From sequence record OQ992561.1: DNA of 64,000 nt. One strand, given 5' to 3'. Both the position numbers and the translations under genes were made by a program. Below, in pieces: positions 46,806 through 56,918 of this stretch; position 1 is the stretch's first letter; every line of letters starts with the position of its first letter. The notes beneath the pieces were generated by a model. The model did not search any database and was not told the DNA's origin. It saw nothing but the letters and a program-made list of their open reading frames with translations.

Positions 46806-49094
46806 TTAAAGAGTGCACGAACCGCCTGCACACCCAACTTCGGCATTAGTTACCTCAACAGCACGTTCGAGTGATTTAATATCAAGTCCTGCTGCTGTTT
46901 CTAGATTTACATAATACCGGGTTTTCATTCCACGTTTCACCATATAGAAGTGATTACTTAGCATTTCATTAGAAGAGATCTTTTCAGAACCTACAATGCG
47001 TCGATAGAGGTCCGCACTGATTGTTTGATCAGTCCACTTTTGAATAATGGCATAGCAATCAATAAGATCTTTAGTGGGGATATCATAAGCTGATTCATAC
47101 ACATAAGAATCATCATCTCCATATGGAGCAGCCCATAGTACACGTGCGCCATTATCAGTCTTATTAAGAATTAGACGACGTACCGGATATGGACCATTAG
47201 TTGATCCTAGTGCTTTAGATGACGCCTCACCCGGCATGTATGCAGCTAGTACGGAGTGTGCAATACCACCATTCTCCTTAATCTCTTTCTCTAGCTCATC
47301 CCATGGATAAAGTTCTTCAAAACCACCTTCAATGATAGTGTCCACTGACTTATTATAAGTCTTACGTGGAGTCCATCCCTCTGGCCATTTAGTCTTATGA
47401 ATCCAAGGCGCATTACCACGTTCTTTAGCAATCTTAAGTGACGCCTTAATAAGGAAGTACATATGCCGTTCAGCAATGAAGTGGATTTCAGCTTTACCAG
47501 CATCGCTACTATATTTAAGGCCAGCACGTGCCATATGCGTAGCTAGACCCATGATACCAACACCAGCACTCATTCGATTCTTAGCGGTTAGTGCAAGGTG
47601 TGGGAAAGCATACTCTGCATTAAGGATACAATAGTCAATCATCTTAAGTGCGTAGTAAGCTGCCATTTCATAAGTTTGCTTATCAGGAACATTATCCACT
47701 GCAATAGCAGCCAGTGAACAAGTAGCAATTTCACCGCGACCATGATCCTCACTAGAATAAAGATCTTCCATTCGATAGTAAGGCTTAGTGGGTTCTGCGA
47801 TTTCAAGGCAGAGGTTAGAACTGTAAATAGGTTCTTTAAATGGTGTATGATGATTGAGTTCATCAATTTGAGCTGAATAAATGGTTCCAGTCTCATATGC
47901 TTCAACTAGCATTGATTTGAGAAGATCCCGAGCATTTACATAGGTTTTCTCAAATTTAGGATCTGCTTCATATTTTTCATAAAGCTTAATAAACTTATCA
48001 ATATTACCACTATAGAAAGCCTCATGTAGATCTGGTGCAGTAAATGGATTGAATACAAAGATCATGCCATCTTTCTGCGCCGCTTTCTTAGCAAAGAACT
48101 TATTACTTAGGAATGCATAGTGAAGATCACGGTTCTTCCTATCCTCAGTAGAACGTGGATTACGTAGCTGAGTAATCATATCTGCTTCAGGATCGAAAGC
48201 ACTGTAGTAACACGTAACAGCACCACCTCGACCATTCTGTAGGTTAGCTCGTACTGCTTTACCCATTACATCGATGTATGGTTTCTTACCTTGGTGAATG
48301 ATTAGACCATTACGAATAGGATCACCAATTGACCTAGTCATTAAGTTAACACCAATACCCGCTGATGATTGGGTCATGATGTTAGCAATATAATCGCCCA
48401 TTGCCAGTGATACACCATTATCACCAGAAGCAAATAGGCAACATGATGCAAAACCACGAAGCTTAGTACCTAGGTTAACGTAGTTAGGTGTTGGCGCACT
48501 AAGAATTTTATTAGAAAGTAGTTTATAGTAATTCTCCACATGAGTCATGCGAGTTTCAGCTGGCTCTTTTTCAGCTAGAGCCATTGCCATTCGCATATAC
48601 ACAAACTGGGCAGTCTCATATTCTTGACCAGTTTTACGATTACGTAGAGCATACTTTCCACGAATGTGATGAAGTGAGAAATGTGGACAAAGTAGGTCAA
48701 GATCGTGATCAATGATCTTTTCAATCTGGGCGTATTCTTTACTACTATAATCTAATTTAACAATGATACCATCTTTACGCATCCTGGTTTGAAGCGCTTT
48801 AACAGTTGGGATACCATTTAGACCATAGAACTTCTTACGAAGATAAATCGCATATAGTCGACCAGCCATTAGATAATAAGACCATGTCTTACGATTTAGA
48901 CATTCTTCAATAAGTTGTAATTGTAGTTCTTGTGATGAAGTTTTATCACCAAGAGCTTGAACAGCATCCATTACAACACTACTCCAATCCACCTTATCGC
49001 CAAGATGTTGGGCTGCCCATTCACCCCAACCATTAATCTTAGCAGGTGAGTATGCTTCTTCAGTACCGTCTAGTTTAATGATAGTTTTTAACAT
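46806..49094 (-). CDS. nrdA: ribonucleotide reductase class Ia alpha subunit
   Basis: ATP-cone start, APTP, SCC, RGGA, SNLCLEI, MP.EASS, KTRYY, C-terminal CxxxxC; ATG 49094 with GGA RBS. Confidence 0.95.
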   Translation of the reverse strand: MLKTIIKLDGTEEAYSPAKINGWGEWAAQHLGDKVDWSSVVMDAVQALGDKTSSQELQLQLIEECLNRKTWSYYLMAGRLYAIYLRKKFYGLNGIPTVKALQTRMRKDGIIVKLDYSSKEYAQIEKIIDHDLDLLCPHFSLHHIRGKYALRNRKTGQEYETAQFVYMRMAMALAEKEPAETRMTHVENYYKLLSNKILSAPTPNYVNLGTKLRGFASCCLFASGDNGVSLAMGDYIANIMTQSSAGIGVNLMTRSIGDPIRNGLIIHQGKKPYIDVMGKAVRANLQNGRGGAVTCYYSAFDPEADMITQLRNPRSTEDRKNRDLHYAFLSNKFFAKKAAQKDGMIFVFNPFTAPDLHEAFYSGNIDKFIKLYEKYEADPKFEKTYVNARDLLKSMLVEAYETGTIYSAQIDELNHHTPFKEPIYSSNLCLEIAEPTKPYYRMEDLYSSEDHGRGEIATCSLAAIAVDNVPDKQTYEMAAYYALKMIDYCILNAEYAFPHLALTAKNRMSAGVGIMGLATHMARAGLKYSSDAGKAEIHFIAERHMYFLIKASLKIAKERGNAPWIHKTKWPEGWTPRKTYNKSVDTIIEGGFEELYPWDELEKEIKENGGIAHSVLAAYMPGEASSKALGSTNGPYPVRRLILNKTDNGARVLWAAPYGDDDSYVYESAYDIPTKDLIDCYAIIQKWTDQTISADLYRRIVGSEKISSNEMLSNHFYMVKRGMKTRYYVNLETAAGLDIKSLERAVEVTNAEVGCAGGSCTL

Positions 49095-49438
49095 TGTTAA
49101 TTTCCAATTGTGAGTCGTAAGTTCATGTGAAAAAGTATTCAACATATCTTTAGATCAACTAAGTATTTTTACGACCCATTTTAAATGAATTTAGTTGATC
49201 TATTGTAAAAGCATATTATGGTACATTGGATATCTTTATCTTAAAAACCTATGTAGCCTTAGTGCCATAAGGGTTACAGCTATATAGTCCAATATCGTTC
49301 TACCGTGCTATTTAAGAGCTTTAAACAATAACCCGCTATGTACCCTTAGGTTTTATTTTATCAGCAATATAGCTTAAAATAGAAATATACCTAAGTGCTT
49401 TTTACTATACTACTATTATTTATCGGAGTTAATTAAGA

Positions 49439-49828
49439 ATGTCTTTTTATCTACCGAGACACACCGATCCAATTGAAGCAATCGAATGGAAAAAGAACGG
49501 TGATATACCTGGTGATGGCGTTATCAATAATATCAACCAAGGTGCTATTGTTGGTTATGCTATACCTACTAAAGAGTCTACTCTTAGTAATGCTATCTGT
49601 CCATTATGTAATCTAACTGAATCTAGTCATGGTATTTTACGTGTGGGTTCAGATAAAGATAAAATTGTCTGTCCGGGTGATTTTATTATTTTAATTCGTA
49701 AAAATAATGGGCGTATATTAGATTACAAATTAATGCGTCAACATGAATTTAATAAACTTTATCAACTGGTAACAAAAGAGGAAGCTAAACAATGGGCAAT
49801 GATGTTGGATCCAGAAAAGAAGGACTAA
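49439..49828 (+). CDS. conserved phage protein (IEAIEW...PGDFI family)
   Basis: IEAIEW and VCPGDFII motifs; GGAG RBS. Confidence 0.7.
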   Translation: MSFYLPRHTDPIEAIEWKKNGDIPGDGVINNINQGAIVGYAIPTKESTLSNAICPLCNLTESSHGILRVGSDKDKIVCPGDFIILIRKNNGRILDYKLMRQHEFNKLYQLVTKEEAKQWAMMLDPEKKD

Positions 49829-50376
49829 AGTTATATGAAGCTTTAGTTGAGGATATAATCATCACCAATGATCTTGGTACTGGTCTTCGACCATCTCTTA
49901 ATATAACCACTAGTGATGGCGTAACTAGGAATGTTACATTTGATCAACTTGAGAATTTTATTAAAGTTATAAAAGCCACACATGACACACAAACTGTTGG
50001 CACTCCACTACAATGGTGTATTTACAGGTATGCTCCTAATTTAGTTAAAGCTCGGTATATTGCGACTAGCTGGAAAATAACTGTAGACCATGTTAAGAAG
50101 ACTTTGAATTTTCAAGGTACTTTAAATCATGAAGGTACTGTAGTTGATCATCCTAATTATGATCCGGATATTACTGCAAGAGAACTAATGTTTGATGAAA
50201 CTATCACTGATTTTAGTCGATTTGAACAAATTGCTCTGTCTGGAAATATCGCTAACTTTAAAGAAGAATTCAAAATGATGAAATATAGTTTTGACTTCAG
50301 TTACATTATTGAAGTTAGTAACGGCATGACTAGACTCAAGGAGTTAGCTAATGATCAAACTGGATTATCAGATTAA
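49792..50376 (+). CDS. hypothetical protein; gp2 by position (possible ChmB homolog)
   Basis: Second gene upstream of DHFR; identity inferred from gene order only. Confidence 0.45.
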   Translation: MGNDVGSRKEGLKLYEALVEDIIITNDLGTGLRPSLNITTSDGVTRNVTFDQLENFIKVIKATHDTQTVGTPLQWCIYRYAPNLVKARYIATSWKITVDHVKKTLNFQGTLNHEGTVVDHPNYDPDITARELMFDETITDFSRFEQIALSGNIANFKEEFKMMKYSFDFSYIIEVSNGMTRLKELANDQTGLSD

Positions 50377-50857
50377 ATCAGAAGTCAATCATCTATTAAA
50401 TAGATTATTAGTTAAAAACTTAGATGGTACTGTTTATTTTAGAACAACTATTAAAGAAGACGATTTAAAAGACTTACCTGTTAATCTGATTAGTCTACAA
50501 GTACTTATAAATCTATTGATAGGTTATGAAGGACTAGATATTACAACTAGTATTGAGGAATTCACACAACAGATTAGTCTGATTCTTTGGGACATGCCCA
50601 TACTAGAAAAAGGCGAAGTGGAATACCTCTATATTGAACAAGATATTAAGTTGAATGAATTAGTTATTAAACATAAAAGACCTGGTGTATTGATTGATGA
50701 GAAAGTATATGGTGAATTAACGCTATTACAAATGGCTCAAATTAATTACCTATTAGCGTCTACATTTAAGTTTAAAACTAATTTCACTTGCTGTAGTTGG
50801 GCTATTGAATTTAAAGATAATGAAGTATCTTGTAAATTCTGGCCTAAGGAAAATTAA
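50351..50857 (+). CDS. hypothetical protein
   Basis: GGAG RBS; coupled to DHFR. Confidence 0.7.
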   Translation: MIKLDYQIKSEVNHLLNRLLVKNLDGTVYFRTTIKEDDLKDLPVNLISLQVLINLLIGYEGLDITTSIEEFTQQISLILWDMPILEKGEVEYLYIEQDIKLNELVIKHKRPGVLIDEKVYGELTLLQMAQINYLLASTFKFKTNFTCCSWAIEFKDNEVSCKFWPKEN

Positions 50858-51378
50858 TGGCTATTAAATTAATCGTTGCCCATGACCTAAATGGTGTCAT
50901 TGGATATAATAATCTATTACCTTGGCATATACCTGAGGATTTAGCTTTCTTTAAAGAAATGACAACTGGTTGCTGTGTTATCATGGGTAAAAATACTTTC
51001 TTATCCTTAGGTAGTAAACCGTTACCTAATCGTAATAACATTGTTGTATCATCAAGTTTATATCGTAACGGTAATTATCCAGTAGCCTATGATAATAAAT
51101 TAGGTGTACTCCCTAATCTAAGTGCAGCTATTGTTTATGCCACTCATTTCAATAAAGAAACTGGAAAGGATGTATGGATCATTGGCGGTTCTCAACTTTA
51201 TAAAGAAGTCATTGAAAAGGATATTTTAGACGAAATGTACATTACTACTGTCAAGATGGAAATCGATAATAGTAGTTGTGTTTATTTCCCTAAAGAAATC
51301 ATTAAATGGGATAAATGGAAATCAACCATTATTAAAGAAACTGACCTATGTACATATACCCATTGGATTAAAACATAA
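50857..51378 (+). CDS. folA: dihydrofolate reductase
   Basis: LIVA..NGVIG..NLLPWHIPEDLAFFK..T....IMG..T...PLPNR.NIV...IIGG..LY. Confidence 0.95.
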   Translation: MAIKLIVAHDLNGVIGYNNLLPWHIPEDLAFFKEMTTGCCVIMGKNTFLSLGSKPLPNRNNIVVSSSLYRNGNYPVAYDNKLGVLPNLSAAIVYATHFNKETGKDVWIIGGSQLYKEVIEKDILDEMYITTVKMEIDNSSCVYFPKEIIKWDKWKSTIIKETDLCTYTHWIKT

Positions 51379-51383
51379 TAATA

Positions 51384-51403
51384 GCCTTCCCCCAGGGGAA
51401 GGC
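51384..51403 (+). terminator. hairpin terminator
   Basis: GCCTTCCC-CCAG-GGGAAGGC-TTT. Confidence 0.75.
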
Positions 51404-51414
51404 TTTATGTCATA

Positions 51415-51454
51415 TATTCAAATGTATTTAAAGGGTATATTACAAATGTGAATT
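51415..51454 (+). promoter_or_regulatory. early promoter
   Basis: TATTCAAATGTATTTAAAGGG-TATATTAC-AAATGTGAAT; core at 51436-51443. Confidence 0.8.
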
Positions 51455-51494
51455 AACTATAGATTATTCTATTTATTATTGGAGGATACAGTCC

Positions 51495-51899
51495 ATGAAG
51501 AACTCTAAGAAAACAACTTATAATGCTATCGATCCAAGTAAATTAAGTAAAGATATGTTCAGCGGCAGTAGAACCTGGGCAGCGGTTGAGTTTGCAATAA
51601 GTTGTGCAAATGAGTTAATGGAATTAAATAGTAAAGGAAATACTATTTTATTTGATGACGATATTGTCGACAAAGTTGAATTTGAACTTAAGATCTATGA
51701 TTGGCATGATGCCCCACATGGTTGTTATCTTTATAGATCTTTATGGAAAAATACTCAGGAAATTGTCTTTGGTGATAATATAAACAAAGATGAAAGACTT
51801 GTATTGACTAAAAAAGAAGTACGTGAATACTTTTCAAGATTCAAAATTTTCCGTAGTGTCATGTACTTATCCAATGGTATTAAAAAGTTAAAAGAGTAA
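51495..51899 (+). CDS. hypothetical early protein
   Basis: GGAGG RBS. Confidence 0.75.
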   Translation: MKNSKKTTYNAIDPSKLSKDMFSGSRTWAAVEFAISCANELMELNSKGNTILFDDDIVDKVEFELKIYDWHDAPHGCYLYRSLWKNTQEIVFGDNINKDERLVLTKKEVREYFSRFKIFRSVMYLSNGIKKLKE

Positions 51900-51913
51900 T
51901 CCTCTCCTACTGA

Positions 51914-51984
51914 TAATACATTCAAACCATTTTAAACAGTATATTACTAACTTGATATTAAACCTTCAATTAATGTAAAAAGGA
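51914..51984 (+). repeat. early-promoter/leader module, copy 1
   Basis: TAATACATTCAAACCATTTTAAACAGTATATTAC...TTAAACCTTCAATTAATGTAAAAAGG; near-duplicate at 53414. Confidence 0.75.
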
Positions 51985-51992
51985 ATCAAACC

Positions 51993-52508
51993 ATGTTCGA
52001 AATTAAATTTGCTAAAAAAGAACAATTTCCTGGCCGTGGTCACTGCATCGAACTTTATGGTGATTATGTCACCGAGCGTGTATGGAATGCAGTGAAACAA
52101 ATGGTTGAATGCAACATCACCAATCACGAGTTTTATAAGGCAAAAGAAGGTTTCTGTGTATTCTTCCAAGGTGGGCATAATAACCCTCATGGGAAATGGA
52201 TCCTTCTGGAATTCTGGGTAGACGACATCGAGAAGACTCGTGAGTTCGTTCGTCTCTTGACCATCACTATTAATCGAGTATTGACGGAGCGTTTTACTCA
52301 AATCTGCGTTAACCCTAATCAAATGGGTTATGCAGATGGGACAGGTGCATATGTTGCACTTGGTGAAATCCATAAAGAAACTGGATGTCGTGTTAATTGG
52401 GGTAGTCCGACTACACCTATTACCTTCTATCCAGAAAATAACTTGGAACATCGTAAAGTACTCGACTTGTGTAAAACCTTCGAACTCCCAGTAACTAAAT
52501 TGGTGTAA
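51993..52508 (+). CDS. hypothetical early protein
   Basis: AAAGGA RBS, host-like codons. Confidence 0.75.
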   Translation: MFEIKFAKKEQFPGRGHCIELYGDYVTERVWNAVKQMVECNITNHEFYKAKEGFCVFFQGGHNNPHGKWILLEFWVDDIEKTREFVRLLTITINRVLTERFTQICVNPNQMGYADGTGAYVALGEIHKETGCRVNWGSPTTPITFYPENNLEHRKVLDLCKTFELPVTKLV

Positions 52509-52525
52509 TTAGAGGATAAAGTACC

Positions 52526-52762
52526 ATGTACATCGTTATTCATAGATACGAGTCTGAAAGACATGAATTGACTGTAGGTGATCCTAAAGATCTTATCGCG
52601 ATCTTAGTCATTCTGGAGAATAGTGATAAAGTCATTGAATATAAGGTTATCGATTCGGATGTTGGTGTAGTCAAAGACTTTAGATACTCATTTGGTTGGG
52701 GTAACGAGTTCTTCACTAAAAATGCAAAAGATAATTTTAACTGGACTAAATCGAGGAAATAA
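52526..52762 (+). CDS. hypothetical protein
   Basis: GAGGA RBS. Confidence 0.7.
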   Translation: MYIVIHRYESERHELTVGDPKDLIAILVILENSDKVIEYKVIDSDVGVVKDFRYSFGWGNEFFTKNAKDNFNWTKSRK

Positions 52763-52764
52763 AA

Positions 52765-52977
52765 ATGGCAGACGGTAAAATCAGTGGCGAAGCTGTAATG
52801 AACTATCTACTTTCTCGAAATGACCACGTGGATTTCATGCGAGATGAACTGTCGGTTTACATTGAAGATGATAAAGTGGTAGTTAAGATTACAGATACTG
52901 CTTCAGGTGGTACTGCAACCCACTTCTCAAATTACAGTGTAAGCGATTTCGAAAGAACATATGGTCAAACTAATTAA
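52765..52977 (+). CDS. hypothetical protein
   Basis: GAGGA RBS. Confidence 0.7.
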   Translation: MADGKISGEAVMNYLLSRNDHVDFMRDELSVYIEDDKVVVKITDTASGGTATHFSNYSVSDFERTYGQTN

Positions 52978-53008
52978 ATAAATTAGTAACACCTATTGGC
53001 GACATACA

Positions 53009-53026
53009 CCCTCCCTTCGGGGAGGG
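53009..53026 (+). terminator. UUCG hairpin terminator (repeat family)
   Basis: CCCTCCC-TTCG-GGGAGGG-CTTT. Confidence 0.8.
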
Positions 53027-53079
53027 CTTTATTTTCAATATAGACATATTTTTTTTAATACATTAGTTGGAGTTTAAAA

Positions 53080-53412
53080 ATGTTTAATAAAAATTTTATC
53101 AATGGTATTCAAATTTTTGTTGCCGCAACTACTGTTGCTACAACTATTGTTAAGTTAGTCGAATCATACAACAAACTAAATGAAGAAAAATCGGCTAACG
53201 ATGTATGTAAGAAAATCCATATGGAAATCCATAAATTAACTAGCCTGTTTATCGAACAAGATATACCTAATGAAGAACGCTGCGTTAGGTTACGTAAAAC
53301 TGTTGATACATTAGTTAATAAACACTGCTCTAACTTAACTGGCCGTCGGCGACTCAGGGCTGTTGCAGAAATCACTCGACATGTAGATGACTATTGTCGT
53401 CTATGGAAATAA
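53080..53412 (+). CDS. hypothetical protein with hydrophobic N-terminus
   Basis: GGAG RBS. Confidence 0.7.
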   Translation: MFNKNFINGIQIFVAATTVATTIVKLVESYNKLNEEKSANDVCKKIHMEIHKLTSLFIEQDIPNEERCVRLRKTVDTLVNKHCSNLTGRRRLRAVAEITRHVDDYCRLWK

Positions 53413-53413
53413 T

Positions 53414-53485
53414 GTAATACATTCAAACCATTTTAAGCAATATATCACAACAGTGTAATTAAACCTTCAATTAACGTAAAAAGGT
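53414..53485 (+). repeat. early-promoter/leader module, copy 2
   Basis: TAATACATTCAAACCATTTTAAGCAATATATCAC...TTAAACCTTCAATTAACGTAAAAAGG. Confidence 0.7.
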
Positions 53486-53494
53486 ACTTTAAAA

Positions 53495-53650
53495 ATGAAA
53501 GCAATTGTAATGATTATTATCGGTATGGTTATGGGTGCCACTATTGTTTATGGTGGGACTTACGAAGCACCTAAAGTAAAGAAAGATGCTGAAGTTATCC
53601 TCGGTCATCGCATCGCTCCTAATGGCGTTGAAATTCTCGTTACCAAATAA
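53495..53650 (+). CDS. 51-aa membrane/secreted peptide, not in ORF track
   Basis: AAAGG RBS; MKAIVMIIIGMVMGATIVYGG... Confidence 0.65.
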   Translation: MKAIVMIIIGMVMGATIVYGGTYEAPKVKKDAEVILGHRIAPNGVEILVTK

Positions 53651-53676
53651 TCACTGCTATTAAATGGAGAATAATT

Positions 53677-54045
53677 ATGCTTAAAGATAATGTAGTCATT
53701 AATGTCAGCGACCTCGTTGAAGAGAATGGCAAAACTGTACATGAGAATAATTTGGCTAAAAACCATAATATCGCTATTGGCGAGTTGGTAGAAGATGTGT
53801 ATTCAGGTATCCGTCTTTATGTTTTTGGACATGGGCGGGATTGCGATGGTACACCATTATATCACCTTACTGCCGATAAAGATATTATTGGTGAAGAAAT
53901 AAATCGGGGTATTCCAGATCTTCAGAAACAACATATAGAAATATGGTTAGATGGAATTACCTATGGTAAGGTCCTTTGGAACTATACTTCCGAAGATAAT
54001 CTGCGTATTGTAAATTATCCTCAACCACCCACGGCTGCTGTATAA
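53677..54045 (+). CDS. conserved phage protein (RDCDGTPLY motif)
   Basis: GGAG RBS; RLYV..H.RDCDGTPLY. Confidence 0.7.
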   Translation: MLKDNVVINVSDLVEENGKTVHENNLAKNHNIAIGELVEDVYSGIRLYVFGHGRDCDGTPLYHLTADKDIIGEEINRGIPDLQKQHIEIWLDGITYGKVLWNYTSEDNLRIVNYPQPPTAAV

Positions 54046-54179
54046 AAGCGGAAGGTCGATTGGGTGAACTCACTCTAGACTAAAAGATGGGTCTCTTCGG
54101 AGACTCCATCCCAATGTATCTTGGAAAGGATGCATTGGGATGTACTCAACTTAACATAATCGTAAAAAGGAAAATACAA

Positions 54180-55292
54180 ATGAAACAATATCGTGAACCC
54201 GTAACTCGTCTGTCCAAAGAAAAACTGGAATGTGTTATCAGCCGTCGTAAAGAAAGAAAGGCCGAACAACCTTTCGGTCGTGCCCATTTCCCTGCCGGTA
54301 CTCGTGCTATCTTCGAATCCTGCTCCCTTCGTTACCTGGATGAGAATGAACGTGTATACCCTGGACAGCGCTACGAGACATTCGAAGCTACTGTTCTCGG
54401 CGTTGTGGCCAATGGTCATAACAGTTATGTCGCTATTCTGGACATGCCCTGTGATCTTACTGAAAGCCGTAACAAGGCAATCAACGTCAGTTGGTGCCGT
54501 GGTATTGTATCGCGCGGTGAAGGTAATTTCACCTGGTTCAAAGAAGAGTCAACCGAGTATGATCGCAATCATGGTTGGAACATCCGTGAGAAACATCCGA
54601 CTGTTCGTTGGGCAGAAGGTCCTCGTCCTACTAAAGTACGTAGCCTTACCTGGGCAGAGGAATTCGATTATAACCGCGCAGTAGATCCGGTATACATCGA
54701 AATCAACAAACATCACAGTCAGTACTATATCACTGACATGCGTTCGTTTGTGATGTTCACTCTTCGGGAACATCCTGCTTATGCAAACTCGTTTAAAGAT
54801 CATCTGCACAAACTGGACAAGCTAGTCATGGCGCTGTACTCCGATCCGACTATCAAAGCAGCTGAAGTAAAGCTGTCTCGCTACTCTGTTAGCTGGTTGA
54901 TCAGCAAGAAGAAGTTCCATAAAGTCCTGCAACGCCTGCTTCCGTTCTACAAGACTTCTCGTCGTAAGGCGCAAGAAGAAGACGATAAAGCAATTAGCGA
55001 GATGTATGAGGCTGAACTGGACCGTGACCTCAGTGAACAGTATGGTGAGTCTGATGATACCTCGGATGAATCAAGCTATTCATGGAATGACAGCACGCCC
55101 CTGGATGATGATGATCTGAATGTGTTTGATATGTACGACGACTCGGCATGCTCGCGTGAAATCAGTGATGATGTTCAACCCAAAACTATTGGTGAACTCC
55201 TGCGTGAAGCAATGGAGAACCCTGAAGAAGAGAAATCCAAATTAGTTATTGGAAGTATGGAAACTCTTTCTAAAGCGGTTATCATCAAATAG
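54180..55292 (+). CDS. abundant early protein, probable phiKZ014-like ribosome-binding factor
   Basis: 370 aa from ATG 54180 (AAAGGA RBS), host-like codons, acidic C-tail; identity inferred from position and size. Confidence 0.55.
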   Translation: MKQYREPVTRLSKEKLECVISRRKERKAEQPFGRAHFPAGTRAIFESCSLRYLDENERVYPGQRYETFEATVLGVVANGHNSYVAILDMPCDLTESRNKAINVSWCRGIVSRGEGNFTWFKEESTEYDRNHGWNIREKHPTVRWAEGPRPTKVRSLTWAEEFDYNRAVDPVYIEINKHHSQYYITDMRSFVMFTLREHPAYANSFKDHLHKLDKLVMALYSDPTIKAAEVKLSRYSVSWLISKKKFHKVLQRLLPFYKTSRRKAQEEDDKAISEMYEAELDRDLSEQYGESDDTSDESSYSWNDSTPLDDDDLNVFDMYDDSACSREISDDVQPKTIGELLREAMENPEEEKSKLVIGSMETLSKAVIIK

Positions 55293-55307
55293 ATTACACG
55301 CAATAAT

Positions 55308-55325
55308 GGGAGTCTTCGGACTCCC
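55308..55325 (+). terminator. UUCG hairpin terminator
   Basis: GGGAGTC-TTCG-GACTCCC-TTTT. Confidence 0.8.
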
Positions 55326-55396
55326 TTTTATTTTCTACATCGTAATATTTTTTTATTTAGCAATATATTCATAAACTGTAAAAAGGAAGATATCTC

Positions 55397-56398
55397 ATGA
55401 TCATCAATGCAACCATCACTCGCGCAATGTTGAGTGCTCAAACTACAGAATCATCGCTTCTGTTTATTCTGACACACCTACATGGCAGTCCAGATGCTAC
55501 TTCGTCGGATATGAACGACACCAAGCGCATTCTCGCCTCTAACGATCCTCTAAGTACCCTGTGGCAATGTGGTTGCCATTTGGTCGTATCGGAAGACGAA
55601 CGCTGGTTCATTTCTCCATTTGGTGATACTGTACGCCTGGCATACCAGCACAAAGTACGTGGTAGCTGGATTACTTTCGGCATAGACCTGTTCGATCCGG
55701 AAGAATCCGAATCGGTACTATTGGCTATCCGTAGGCGGCTCCGCACCGGTTTCCCAGCAGATGAACTTGAAGTTAACTGTGGTATCAAAGGTTACCTCGA
55801 AGAAAGTTACGAGGTCAACGGGACCGGTTTGTGGAGCGTAGGTCGGATCATTCTGGCTCTGCATCCCACCAGCCCTTTCCGTTTTGCTGCTCTGGAACGT
55901 TTGTACGAGATTGCTAAGTTCCATAAGAACTACGCTGACATCGTGGATAATGTCGGGATCAATCATGATCGTAATTACCTGAATAACATCGTTGATGGAA
56001 AATGGATGGTCGAAGAGAAAGATGCTCAAGCTGTATTGAACAGCTACTTCACTTCGATGCTGAAGTTATTCTTCGACCGTGGTTTCTACTATCAGGATAC
56101 TATCGACGGCGGCAGGATCGATGTTCGTAGCAATGAAGGATCGTACTACCTCATTGGTAGTAATGCCACTGTAAATACCATCAATATCACTTACCTCAGT
56201 GCTAACAAAATAGAAATTCGTGATGGAGAATGGGAGTTCGCTTGGGACTGCAACAACACTGAATACTTCCCTATTGAAAATCCGGTAGATGCTCTGCTTG
56301 GTTTCCACAAGCGTGTAGACCAGGAACATATCTACATGGCTTCTGGTCTGGGTACTAGCCTGGAAGACATCCACAAGGTCCAACATACTCTAAAATAA
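55397..56398 (+). CDS. hypothetical early protein
   Basis: 333 aa, AAAGGA RBS, host-like codons. Confidence 0.8.
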   Translation: MIINATITRAMLSAQTTESSLLFILTHLHGSPDATSSDMNDTKRILASNDPLSTLWQCGCHLVVSEDERWFISPFGDTVRLAYQHKVRGSWITFGIDLFDPEESESVLLAIRRRLRTGFPADELEVNCGIKGYLEESYEVNGTGLWSVGRIILALHPTSPFRFAALERLYEIAKFHKNYADIVDNVGINHDRNYLNNIVDGKWMVEEKDAQAVLNSYFTSMLKLFFDRGFYYQDTIDGGRIDVRSNEGSYYLIGSNATVNTINITYLSANKIEIRDGEWEFAWDCNNTEYFPIENPVDALLGFHKRVDQEHIYMASGLGTSLEDIHKVQHTLK

Positions 56399-56410
56399 GG
56401 AAAATTAATT

Positions 56411-56890
56411 ATGTCGTATAGCTTAGGTATTGTCACTCGCAATAAGTCGGCACTGATTGTCACCAATGATTACAAATATGATGAGTTCGTTCTACTAAAA
56501 CCGACCAGTGGTCTCAAGGTAGAAGGTCAGTTGGTGCAATTGGTCTGTATCTGTTTCGGTGACAAGGAAAAGCGTTCTCTGACTCACAAGATCATGACCA
56601 ATGCTGAACAAGCAGATTACACCAAGGAAGACATCCTGGCTATGATGAAGGAACACGGTGTAGAACTGCGAGTGATCACTGATAAAGCAGTTCATGTATT
56701 TCAGTACATTCGTGATGTGGCTATCCATGGTGTGGTTGATTCCAATAACACCACCTTCTGGTTCGGCGACACGGAACACCGAAAATTGTTTTATCCGTAT
56801 TGCGGTATTGAAGGTAAATCTTTTCATCATGCCCATCGTGATAAAGAATTGTGTCGGGTATTTGAGTTTGTCGCTGTAATCAATTGGTAA
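56411..56890 (+). CDS. hypothetical protein
   Basis: AAGGA RBS. Confidence 0.75.
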   Translation: MSYSLGIVTRNKSALIVTNDYKYDEFVLLKPTSGLKVEGQLVQLVCICFGDKEKRSLTHKIMTNAEQADYTKEDILAMMKEHGVELRVITDKAVHVFQYIRDVAIHGVVDSNNTTFWFGDTEHRKLFYPYCGIEGKSFHHAHRDKELCRVFEFVAVINW

Positions 56891-56900
56891 CGATATAAAT

Positions 56901-56918
56901 ACCCTCCTTCGGGAGGGT
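56901..56918 (+). terminator. UUCG hairpin terminator (repeat family)
   Basis: ACCCTCC-TTCG-GGAGGGT-ATTT. Confidence 0.75.

Noticed and set aside
46806-49145. Intron, intein or homing endonuclease in nrdA or terL
   Set aside because: Both frames are continuous, of expected length and without intein C-terminal HN or LAGLIDADG/HNH motifs
49145-49439. Divergent intergenic gap as an ncRNA or origin
   Set aside because: No convincing stems, iterons or promoter-terminator unit could be supported by eye
51966-52451. 161-aa minus-strand ORF
   Set aside because: Antisense shadow of the RBS- and promoter-backed 51993-52508 gene
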